From the NCBI GenBank assembly GCA_963713705.1, contig CAVQMY010000033.1, positions 20,203 through 84,202 of the forward strand: DNA of 64,000 nucleotides, given 5' to 3'. Under the pieces are notes generated by a model. That model was not told where the DNA came from. It was given only the letters and a program-made list of their open reading frames with translations, and ran no database searches. Below, piece by piece: positions 18,995-27,807 of the stretch (position 1 is the stretch's first letter; every line of letters starts with the position of its first letter). The stretch is from an uncultured Verrucomicrobiae bacterium (GTDB taxonomy: Bacteria; Verrucomicrobiota; Verrucomicrobiia; Palsa-1439). The translations under genes and the position numbers were made by a program.

Positions 18995-19007
18995 GATTTT
19001 TCCTTGT
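18937..19007 (+). repeat. Repeat B (71 bp), identical to 21983-22053
   Basis: The first 58 nt of the grx CDS (minus strand) plus 13 nt upstream are duplicated without mismatch next to serA. Confidence 0.9.
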
Positions 19008-19125
19008 TAATAGAATGCACAACATGACAGGAAGGTTTCACGAGGAGAAGATTTTTAGAGTATTATAGTTTTTAGAAGTTAATTTGGAAAAGTATTTAAG
19101 AAGGGGTTCCAGAGAGGTTTTGTCG

Positions 19126-19153
19126 TTGACAGATCAGACGTTTTTGCTAAGCT
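19126..19153 (+). promoter_or_regulatory. Candidate sigma70-type promoter for the islet rep operon
   Basis: TTGACA (19126-19131), a 16-nt spacer, then TAAGCT (19148-19153), about 130 nt upstream of rep. Pattern match only. Confidence 0.2.
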
Positions 19154-19282
19154 GTGCTTATTAGTAAACGACGTGTTCGTTCGGACTCTTACCGAAAATT
19201 ATTGCCGCAGATTAGCGACGTCGGACGCTGAAAAAGCGTTGTTAGGCGAACACCAAACAATCATCAATTGTGAGGTGTGTTT

Positions 19283-20104
19283 ATGCGGCAGTTTGATTTT
19301 CCGTCGGCGGGAATACATGTGGTTTACCGTCGGGATGACCTCTTCCTTTCCGCCGATCTGCTGTCTGATTTTGAAGACCACTACGTCGGCAGAGTTTCCG
19401 AGCGTGTCCTTCATGGGATGTTGGTGATCGCGCAGAACGTCGAGGCGATACGAGCGGCGGCCCATGTGAAGGGGGATGAAGCGACCTTCGGTACTTGGAC
19501 ATTTAAGCTACCCACGGATGAATTGGAGGTCCATATCCGGGACGTGTTGACCGATTCGGCGTTGTTTCGGCGCAAGCTGGTGCGGTTGACGGGTACTTGC
19601 CTGACGTGGGTGGTTGAATGGGGCAGGCGTGGCGGGCGCATCCATGGGCATTATGCGGCGGATGGGTGGCAGGATTTGGAGGCGGTCGAGAAAGCGAAGC
19701 AGGTGGGGAATGGGTTTGTGGGGCGTTGCAATATTAAGCGTCTGGGCGCTCCAGGCTATATGTGGAAGGAGATGGGCAAGGGGGCAGGCCGTCGGGGGCT
19801 AGGTTTTCATCTGATGGGTTCGCACGGGGATTTCAAGGGGCGTTCGGTCATGCGGGATTTCCTCATTGATTCGCCAATGGCGGAGTGTCGTCGTCTGGCG
19901 TGGGGAACGCGGTTTACGGGGGAGCCGCATGGTCGGATTTGGGAGCGGGCGAGGGATTTGTATGCCGCGTGGTCGGCGGGAAACTTGGACTTGGGGGCCG
20001 ATTACGATCGATTTCGCGGGGGGATGTCGGGCGGGGGAGATGCGTGGGAGGGGGACAATCAGTCGTTGGATGCGGGCTTTAACGTGGAGGATTTTGAGCA
20101 ATGA
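19283..20104 (+). CDS. HUH-superfamily rolling-circle replication initiator-like protein
   Basis: Three ordered motifs: FGTWTF (motif I, FxTLT-like), VVEWGRRGGRIHGHY (motif II, HxH) and GYMWKEMGK (motif III, YxxKxxxK with a single Tyr). ATG at 19283 is preceded by TGAGG. Confidence 0.5.
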   Translation: MRQFDFPSAGIHVVYRRDDLFLSADLLSDFEDHYVGRVSERVLHGMLVIAQNVEAIRAAAHVKGDEATFGTWTFKLPTDELEVHIRDVLTDSALFRRKLVRLTGTCLTWVVEWGRRGGRIHGHYAADGWQDLEAVEKAKQVGNGFVGRCNIKRLGAPGYMWKEMGKGAGRRGLGFHLMGSHGDFKGRSVMRDFLIDSPMAECRRLAWGTRFTGEPHGRIWERARDLYAAWSAGNLDLGADYDRFRGGMSGGGDAWEGDNQSLDAGFNVEDFEQ

Positions 20105-20370
20105 AAAGGGAAAAGAGGAAATATTGTGCGGGTTGCGGTGTTGAAATTACAGGGGGCCTTGTAGCGGGTGGCCCGTCGGAGGAGGAGCAGTACTGCGCGC
20201 AATGTGGCGGTGCGGAAGTGTTGCAGGCGCAGGAGCTTTGCGACGAAGTACAGGGGTTGTTGCCGAATGCGTGGTGTGGGACTAGGGCACGGCTCTTGGC
20301 GTCGGGTCGTGCGTCTGGGAAGGGCGGCGGGTCCCCTGTTCACAGGGTGCGGCCCCCCGCGAGACAATAG
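20101..20370 (+). CDS. Small zinc-ribbon protein (CAGC...CAQC), coupled to rep
   Basis: ATGA overlap with the rep stop. Ends at TAG 20368-20370. The same frame continues for 33 codons to a second copy of the Rep C-terminal tail (stop 20467-20469). Confidence 0.45.
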   Translation: MKREKRKYCAGCGVEITGGLVAGGPSEEEQYCAQCGGAEVLQAQELCDEVQGLLPNAWCGTRARLLASGRASGKGGGSPVHRVRPPARQ

Positions 20371-20691
20371 AGGGGTGTTTGTGTGCTGTGTTTCTGTACC
20401 TGGGCTGCTTACGAGGGGGAAGACCAGTCCTTGGACGCGGGTTTTAACGTGGAGGATTTTGAGCAGTGAGGTGGGCGTTGCGGATGCGGGGTGGCGAAGA
20501 CCCCGCGCAGGCCCGCATGCGGGACGCGCGGGGCTACCGATAAGGAGGGGTGTCTGCTTGCAGGGTGTTGTTGTAAATGGTGCCGTTGGGTTCGTTGCGT
20601 CGCGTGTTGGACAGGAGCCATCGGAGCGCAGCAATTGGTGTGACAGAACTGCGAAAACATCTGGACGCTGCGCACGTTAATGTGAAAAACG

Positions 20692-20955
20692 TCAATCCCG
20701 TTCTTCGACATCGTTAATTGTGTCACCCTGTTGGAATGCCTCAGCGAAACATCGAAATTGACTGGGGAAACAATGATAGAACTGATGGCAGGCTCGGCAC
20801 AGGGTGACTCCATTATGAACGTCGTGTCGAAGGGCGGGATTGACGTTTTTTCCGATGATGTGCGCGGCGTCCAGATGTTTTGTCGTGCCGCAGTTCTGGC
20901 ACAGCCAATTGTCTCGCTCCATTACGGCTCTTGTCCAACGTTGATTGTCGTTCAT
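20692..20955 (-). CDS. HNH endonuclease (87 aa)
   Basis: CQNCG...LDAAHII...HNGVTLCRACH, the HNH/zinc-finger signature. AAGGAG lies upstream of the ATG at 20955. Confidence 0.75.
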   Translation of the reverse strand: MNDNQRWTRAVMERDNWLCQNCGTTKHLDAAHIIGKNVNPALRHDVHNGVTLCRACHQFYHCFPSQFRCFAEAFQQGDTINDVEERD

Positions 20956-21190
20956 CCGCTCTACTCCTTTATTTTCAAGGTAGGGAGTAGAGTGTATGAA
21001 CGATCGTAGGGAGCGACGCTTGGGGTCTTTGTCGTTTCGTGTTGTTGGCTGAGGGGCTGCGAGAGCGCTAGCCCGCAATAGAAAAGAAGCGAATGTTTAT
21101 ACGGGTAGAATGTCGATTGTTTTTGGTTGTTATTTCTCGAAAACGGGGGACAATCAACCTGAAGTCTGGCCGAACGGATTGGGAGTAATA

Positions 21191-21613
21191 ATGCTAACGC
21201 CAAGAGAAAACGGAAAACGATGTAGGCTCGCCCTTGGAGAATTTCTCAAACCGCCATTGGGACCGTATGCGCTGGACGGCAGGACGCTGATTTTCAATGG
21301 CAGAGAGATATTCGTGCTCTACTCTAGTTTCCAAGTAAGTACATCGCAATGGTGGTATGGCATTCAGCAAGAGGAATGGGAAGAGTGGGGGGACAGATTT
21401 GTGGCATTTCTGATGAGAGACCGAAGAGATGTGAATTTCGTGATGCTGGACCCGAAGGAGTCGGGGACTCTACTTGGCAAGTGCCGCCACGACTACAACG
21501 GACAAAAGGAAATGCATATCCGAATACGGGAAGGCGGAAGAGTGTACTTCGTTGAGTGGCAGAACTTTTCTTTGGCTGGCAGAGTGCAGCCGTTGAAGGT
21601 TTTGTTGACGTAG
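21191..21613 (+). CDS. Hypothetical protein (140 aa), no recognisable family
   Basis: GGAG lies 6 nt upstream of the ATG. AT-rich codon usage unlike the flanking core genes. Trp-rich segment SQWWYGIQQEEWEEW. Confidence 0.45.
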   Translation: MLTPRENGKRCRLALGEFLKPPLGPYALDGRTLIFNGREIFVLYSSFQVSTSQWWYGIQQEEWEEWGDRFVAFLMRDRRDVNFVMLDPKESGTLLGKCRHDYNGQKEMHIRIREGGRVYFVEWQNFSLAGRVQPLKVLLT

Positions 21614-21649
21614 TTAGACGGCTATATTGGATTTGAAACGGAGAAAAAC

Positions 21650-21865
21650 ATGACAATCATCACCACGGTCGGAGAATTGCAGAAAGAGTTGAAAGGGCTA
21701 CAGCGAGACACGCCGATTGCCGTTGCCGTACCTGAAGAAAGACAAACGGCAGTAGGTGAAAATTTCACTGTTGGGAAGTCTGGTCTATGTAATGAAATGA
21801 AACTCGCAGTCGGCGTGGAAAGAACAGGAGATGCCGCCAAGGTTTGGATAATCGGGGTCAATTGA
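21650..21865 (+). CDS. Hypothetical protein (71 aa)
   Basis: GGAG upstream. 36 nt downstream of the previous ORF on the same strand. Confidence 0.4.
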   Translation: MTIITTVGELQKELKGLQRDTPIAVAVPEERQTAVGENFTVGKSGLCNEMKLAVGVERTGDAAKVWIIGVN

Positions 21866-21932
21866 CTGGTTGCTAGAGCACGAGAGCGCTAGCGTCTCGT
21901 AACGAAAAGCATCCTGTTTGAGATTCTGTTTA

Positions 21933-22053
21933 CGGGAGGGGTTTACAATGCGCCGCGAATGAACCTGCCCAAGATCATGTTCCCTTGGCATCGGCGCACC
22001 ACCCGCACCATTGGCGTGTGTACAGCCTTACGTCCCTCATGATTTTTCCTTGT
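21933..22053 (+). repeat. Chimeric joint A'(21933-21972)-filler gatcatgttc-B'(21983-22053)
   Basis: The pgsA start region is fused head-to-head to the grx start region, with the intervening 1.27 kb absent. Leaves truncated pgsA' and grx' reading frames. Confidence 0.9.
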
Positions 22054-22117
22054 GCATCGCGCGCTAACATCGCAAATTGGATGCCAAAAGCAACCGCCGC
22101 GTTTCGCATCATTCATT

Positions 22118-23709
22118 ATGACCATGAGAATACTTGTTGCCGACCCCATTTCCGAGCGGGGAGTGGAAATGCTGCGTAAAAATCCGTCCTTTCAAGTCGA
22201 CGTAAAGACGGGCCTCAAAGAAGACCAGCTCTGCGAGATCATCGGTGAGTATGACGCACTGATCGTCCGCAGCCAGACGAAGGTCACCAAGCGCGTCATC
22301 GAAGCCGCCAGGAAACTGCGTGTCGTCGGTCGCGCGGGTGTTGGCGTGGACAACGTCGATGTGGACGCCGCCACGCGCCGTGGCATTATTGTCATGAACA
22401 CGCCCGGCGGGAACACGATTTCCACCGCCGAACACACATTTTCGATGATGATGGCGCTGGCGCGCAGCATCCCGCAAGCCCACGCCACGATGAAAGCGGG
22501 GAAGTGGGACCGCAAATCCTTCGAAGGCGTCGAGCTGTACAACAAGACGCTCGGCGTCATCGGCATGGGACGCATCGGCACGGAAGTGGCCCGGCGCGCG
22601 ATTGCGTTCGGCATGCGCGTGCTGGCCTACGATCCCTTTTTGAGCCTGAGCCGCGCGAAAGCGTTGCAGGTCGAGGTCGTCGAACTCGACGAAATCTATG
22701 CCCGTTCCGATTTCATCACGGTCCATGTCCCGATGACCGACCAGACGCGCGGCATGATCAACAAGGACGCCATTGCGAAGATGAAGGATGGCGTGCGGCT
22801 GATCAATTGCGCCCGCGGTGGCATCATCAACGAGAAGGATTTGTACGACGCCATCAAAAGCGGCAAGGTCGCCGGCGCCGCGTTGGATGTCTACGAACAG
22901 GAACCGCCGAAGGAATTGCCGTTGCGGGAACTGGACACGGTGGTCATGACCCCGCACTTGGCCGCGTCGACAACGGAAGCGCAGGAATCGGTCGGTATCG
23001 AAGTGGCCGAGCAGATTGCCGACGTTCTGGCGGGCGGCACCATCCGCAACGCGGTGAACATGCCGACCATCGACGCCAAAGTGCTCGCGGTGCTTGCAGC
23101 CGTACCTGACGTTCGGCGAGAAGATGGGGCGGTTGCTCGCGCAGATCGCTCCGCCGCGCGTCGAGCGGCTCGTCATCGAGTTTTGCGGCAAAGCGGGTGA
23201 ATTGGAGAGCGGGCCGATTAGCCGCGCGGTGTTGAAGGGGTTCCTCGAAAATGCGCAGGGCGGCGACGTGAATTACGTCAACGCGCCCGTGATCGCGCAA
23301 ACGCTCGGCATTCGCGTCGGTGAAGTGAAGAGCAGCGAGCCCGATTGATTATGCGGAGTTGATCAACGTCCGCGCGTTTGTGGATGGCCAGTCCGCGAGC
23401 TTGTCCGGCACATTTTACGGTTCGGCCAACAACCCGCGCATCGTCCGCATCAACGACATGCCCGTCGAAGCCGTGCCGACCGGCGTGCTGTTCATGATGC
23501 GCAACAAGGATCGCCCCGGCATCGTCGGCTGGATCGGCTCGATCATGGGCAAACACGGCGTCAACATCGCCAGCATGTCCCTCGGCCGCGACAAAGCCGG
23601 CGGCCAGGCCCTCACCGTCCTCAATCTCGACAGCGCCCCCAGCGACGAAGTCCTCGCCGAAATCAAAGCGGACAAAGACATCTTCGACGTGAAGGTCGCG
23701 AGATTGTAA
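22118..23709 (+). pseudogene. serA: D-3-phosphoglycerate dehydrogenase with ACT domain, frame disrupted twice (may be sequencing error)
   Basis: The protein continues across three frames (ORFs 22052.., 23094.., 23359..). There is an extra T at 23094-23095 and a GATT duplication at 23343-23350. Removing 5 nt gives 529 codons. Confidence 0.85.
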
Positions 23710-23715
23710 TTGTAA

Positions 23716-25463
23716 ATGAAACTTTCTCCCGAGAAGAAACTGGCCGGCGTTCTCTGTCCCGTGTTTTCCATTCGCACCGAAAACGATCTCGGCATTGGGG
23801 ACACCGAGGGCGTGCACCAGATGATCGATTGGTGTCACAAGCACGGGATCGGCATCTTGCAGGTGTTGCCGATCAACGAGACGAGCGACGACAATTCGCC
23901 GTACAACGCCATCAGTTCGATGGCGCTCGATCCGACGACCATCGCCATCTCGCCCGAGCACATTCCGGATTTGCCCGCCGCGAAGTTCAAGGAGATCGCC
24001 GCGCCCGAGTTGTTCAAAGAACTTCGCGCTGGCCCGGTGAAATACACGAAAGTGAAGGAACTGAAGCGTTCGCTCCTCCGCGCGGCGTTCGATGCGTTCC
24101 TCACCAAGCACTGGAACAAAAAGACCGAGCGCAGTGATGCCTTCCGCGCGTTTCTCGCCGAGAATGGCGACTGGATTTCCGACTACGCCATGTTCCGCGT
24201 GTTGATGGAGGATTATCACAACTGGCCGACTTGGGATGAATGGCCGCTGGACCGCCAGAACCCGAAAAAGGCCGTGGTCATGGTTCCTCTCGTTGCCGAC
24301 GAAACAGCGCGACGAATACGCCGGAGCGGATCCTGTTTTGCGCGTACATGCAATGGATTGCGTACGACCAATGGACGAAAATCAAGGACCACGGCACGCG
24401 CAGCAAGGTCTACTTGATGGGGGACATCCCGTTCGGCGTCAACCGCTACAGCTCCGACGTCTGGGGCAACCGCGCCATTTTCAACCTCGACTGGAGCGGC
24501 GGTTGCCCGCCCGAGAGAAACTTCAAGGTCGATCCCTTCACCGAAAAATGGGGCCAGAACTGGGGCATCCCGCTCTACAAATGGGACGTGTCGCGCGAGC
24601 GCAACCACGACTGGTGGCGGATTCGCTGCGGCAACATCCATAAGACGTTCCATCTTTTCCGCATCGACCACGTGCTCGGCTTCTTCCGCATCTACTCGTT
24701 CCCGTGGCAGCCGAAGTACAACGACAAGTTCCTGCCCCTGACCGAGGAAGAAGCGGTGAAACAAACGGGCGGACGGATGCCGCATTTCCAGCCGTATGCC
24801 GACGACACGCCCGAAGGCGCGAAGTTCAATCAGAAGCAGGGCGAGGAATTGCTGGCGATGGTGCTGGCGGCCGCGGGCGATACGACCGTTGTCGCCGAAG
24901 ACCTCGGAGTCGTTCCCCCGTATGTTCCGATCGTCCTCGACCACCTGAAAATCCCCGGCTACAAGATCCCGCACTTCCTGCGCGAGAAAAATCTCTCATT
25001 TCTGGACGGCAAAACCTACCCGCGGCTCTCACTCGCGACGCCAGCGACGCACGACCATGATCCGATCGCCAAGATGTGGCGTGGGTTGTGGGAGAAGGTC
25101 GACGCAGGCAAGAATAGCCAGGATGCGAACGCACGCCACCAATCGGACGAGGCCTACAAGGATCTCACGCGTTGGATGGAGTATTGCGGTGCGGACCACC
25201 AGACGCCGCCGCGTGCATTCAACGATGAGATCCACAAGCTCATCTTGCACGGGGTGCTGAACTCCAATTCATGGCTCGCCGTGTTCATGATTACCGACGT
25301 GTTTGGCACGGAGGGCCGGTTCAACGTTCCCGGCGCCGTCAGCGAAGGCAACTGGTCCTATCGCCTCGATAGAACCGTCGCCGAACTCGACAAAGACCCG
25401 CATCTCCTCCACAAGACCCAGATGTTCGCGAAGCTCGTGAAAGAAACGCACCGGCTGCCATAG
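23716..25463 (+). pseudogene. malQ: 4-alpha-glucanotransferase (GH77), frame disrupted twice (may be sequencing error)
   Basis: Amylomaltase sequence runs through frames 1, 2 and 0. Extra G near 24275-24276 and another near 24323-24324. Removing 2 nt gives 582 codons. Confidence 0.85.
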
Positions 25464-25484
25464 CTGTCAGTTGGCAACCCAACA

Positions 25485-26267
25485 TCAAGGAAGTGTCGGG
25501 AGCGTATCTTGCAGCGACGGTATGGGAACGCGCGGGTCAACCATACGCTGGTCGAATACGAAATCATCGTTCGCGACTACATTCCAACGGCGGCCATGCT
25601 TTTCATTGAGTGCCGAGGCAATCTGGTAGAAATTCCAGCTCGTGTTTGAGTCGATCAGGTAGAGGCCGGGCTTTGCCGAGGCGAGCCATGTCAGAGCTGC
25701 GGCGGTGTCGCGCACGAACGAACATGCCGGATACCATTTGCGACTCGCCGCAATGCCTTCACCGGTAGCCGCTTTCTTCTCAAAGAAATCGATCATGTTG
25801 TTGGAGCCAACCTTTTCGCCAATCTGCCAGCCAAGCCTCGCGACGACGGCATCGTGGTTCTGAAAAAACACGCGCTGTTCAGCCATGCGCTTTTCATAAC
25901 CGTAGCCCTTCGTGGCGTCGGGCTGTGAATCTACTGTGAATGGCCCCTTGGCGTTGTCCGAAAATACCATGACCGTACTGGTGAATACGAAGCGCACGCC
26001 GAGTTGCCTCGTGATCCATGCCAATTCACTGGTCCATTCATAATTCACGAGCCAGGATTCATTCGCCACGCCCGTGGATCGGGAAGCAATTGCCAAGTGG
26101 AAGAGAACGTCCGGTTGTTCCTGCCGGACGAAATCCTCCATCGGCTGATACCCATCAATCGGCTCTGCAGCACGATCCCACGCGACAACTTGGTGACCCT
26201 TCACGGTCAGATGGTTTGACAACGCGGACCCCACCGTCCCGCGTGCGCCTGTGATAATGGCCTTCAT
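25485..26267 (-). CDS. NAD(P)-dependent sugar-nucleotide epimerase/reductase-like (RmlD-type) protein
   Basis: Rossmann N-terminus MKAIITGARGTVGSAL and a YxxxK-type centre (YGYEKRMAE). Confidence 0.65.
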   Translation of the reverse strand: MKAIITGARGTVGSALSNHLTVKGHQVVAWDRAAEPIDGYQPMEDFVRQEQPDVLFHLAIASRSTGVANESWLVNYEWTSELAWITRQLGVRFVFTSTVMVFSDNAKGPFTVDSQPDATKGYGYEKRMAEQRVFFQNHDAVVARLGWQIGEKVGSNNMIDFFEKKAATGEGIAASRKWYPACSFVRDTAAALTWLASAKPGLYLIDSNTSWNFYQIASALNEKHGRRWNVVANDDFVFDQRMVDPRVPIPSLQDTLPTLP

Positions 26268-26290
26268 CGGACGCCCAGGACAGCGGGTGC

Positions 26291-26722
26291 TCAGATGGCC
26301 GCCAGCACTTCTTCAGCGTGGCCGGGAGGTTTGACCTTGCGGAAAATCTTTGTGATGGTTCCGTCGGGTCCGATGATAAAGGTAGTGCGTTCGACGCCCA
26401 TGTATTTCCTGCCGTACATGGACTTCTCTTTCCACACGCCGTACGCCTCGCAGATTTTGTGGTCCTCGTCGGGAACGAGCGTGAACGGTAGATTAAATTT
26501 CGTGGAGAATTTCTCGTGTGATTTGGCCGAGTCGGGACTCACGCCGAGCACGACGGCGTTCTTGTTGGCTATTTGCTTGTGCGCATCCCGCAGTTCGCAC
26601 GCCTCGGTGGTGCACCCGGGCGTGTCGTCCTTGGGGTAAAGGCAGAGAACAACAGTCTTGCCCTTGTTCGCGCCGAGTTCTTTGAATGCCGGGGCTCGGT
26701 CGCCTTCACTAAGCTCTTTCAT
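26291..26722 (-). CDS. bcp: Thiol peroxidase / peroxiredoxin Bcp
   Basis: Peroxidatic-Cys motif PKDDTPGCTTEAC. Its own ATG is preceded by AGGAG. The track fuses it to nth. Confidence 0.85.
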   Translation of the reverse strand: MKELSEGDRAPAFKELGANKGKTVVLCLYPKDDTPGCTTEACELRDAHKQIANKNAVVLGVSPDSAKSHEKFSTKFNLPFTLVPDEDHKICEAYGVWKEKSMYGRKYMGVERTTFIIGPDGTITKIFRKVKPPGHAEEVLAAI

Positions 26723-27373
26723 GATTTGACTCCTATCTTTGGACAAACGTTCTGCGATTTCACATTGGATGCAGTCCGGCTTGCGGGCGGTGCAACGTTT
26801 TCGTCCGTGCCAGATCAGCAAATGTGAGAAGTCGATCCAATTCTGGCGCGGGACGATTTTCATGAGGGCCTGCTCGATCTTTTCGGGCGTCGTCTGACGA
26901 GTTAGCCCCATGCGGCGGGCGAGCCGTGAGACGTGCGTGTCCACGACGATGCCTTCGGCCTTGCCATAGGCGACGCCCAACACCACGTTGGCGGTCTTGC
27001 GTCCGATACCGTCCAGTTGGATCAATCTATCGAGCGTGTCGGGCACCCGGCCGCCGTACTCCGTGACGAGGCTCTGGCAGCAATTCCGAATCGAGCGCGC
27101 CTTGTTCCGAAAAAAGCCGGTGCTGCGAATCATGGCCTCAAGTTCCGCCGGCCGCGCCGTCGCGAAATCGGCAGCACTGTGGTAACGCCGAAACAGGGCC
27201 GGCGTGACGAGATTGACACGTTGGTCGGTGCATTGGGCGCTGAGGATCGTGGCGACGAGGAGTTGGAGCGGGTTCCGATGATGCAAGGCACAGTGCGCCT
27301 CCGGGTAAGCGGCCCGCAATCGCCGTAAGATGGCGCGACAGCGCGCCATCAGTTTACTCTTGGCAATGCTCAC
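26719..27373 (-). pseudogene. nth: Endonuclease III, 3' end frameshifted into bcp (likely 1-nt homopolymer error)
   Basis: HhH-GPD motif LDGIGRKTANVVL. The Fe-S ligand pattern CTARKPDCIQCEIAER lacks its 4th Cys. Removing one T (plus-strand AAA 26745-26747) restores ...ERCPKIGVKS* with the TGA overlapping the bcp ATG. Confidence 0.8.
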
Positions 27374-27450
27374 GAGTCGCAGTATAGCATATCACCAAGG
27401 ACGTGCTCAGTTTCACCGCCGCGATTTCAATGAAGAAGAGGAGATAGATT

Positions 27451-27762
27451 ATGGCACACATTGTGTGTGAACCCTGTGTCGGCTGCAAGTACACCGATTG
27501 CGTGGAAGTTTGTCCCGTGAATTGTTTCTACGAAGTCGATGATCGGTTGTACATTCATCCGGACGAATGCATCGACTGTACGGCATGTGTGCCGGTCTGC
27601 CCGGTGGAGGCAATCTTTACGGAAAGCGATGTGCCGGAGAAGTGGAAGCCATTCATCGCGGAAAACCGCGACAAGCTCGCGGGCGCGGCCAACATCACCG
27701 CCAAGAAAGAGCCGCTCGGGAAAGACAAACCCGAGTGCCAGCCGGGCGCACGCAAACCCTAG
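27451..27762 (+). CDS. fdxA: 7Fe ferredoxin (FdxA type)
   Basis: [17 protein letters not shown] and [12 protein letters not shown] cluster motifs. Confidence 0.9.
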   Translation: MAHIVCEPCVGCKYTDCVEVCPVNCFYEVDDRLYIHPDECIDCTACVPVCPVEAIFTESDVPEKWKPFIAENRDKLAGAANITAKKEPLGKDKPECQPGARKP

Positions 27763-27807
27763 CCAGCACCGCAGGCTCTCCGCAAAACCTCGAAGCGTCT
27801 CGCGGCC

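Larger units (their letters stand above)
19008..21982 (+). mobile_element. AT-rich ~3-kb islet: putative integrated rolling-circle (HUH Rep) element, or remnant
   Basis: Visibly lower GC than the flanks. Encodes a Rep-like gene, a Zn-ribbon ORF, an HNH nuclease and two orphan ORFs. Bounded by repeat B on the left and by A'-10 nt filler-B' on the right. Confidence 0.55.

Noticed and set aside
26291-27373. 360-aa ORF that looks like a novel endonuclease III-peroxiredoxin fusion
   Set aside because: The Nth Fe-S motif lacks its fourth Cys exactly where the frames merge. Deleting one T restores ...CEIAERCPKIGVKS* with a TGA overlapping a bcp ATG that has its own AGGAG SD. It is therefore two genes joined by a 1-nt homopolymer indel, not a real fusion.
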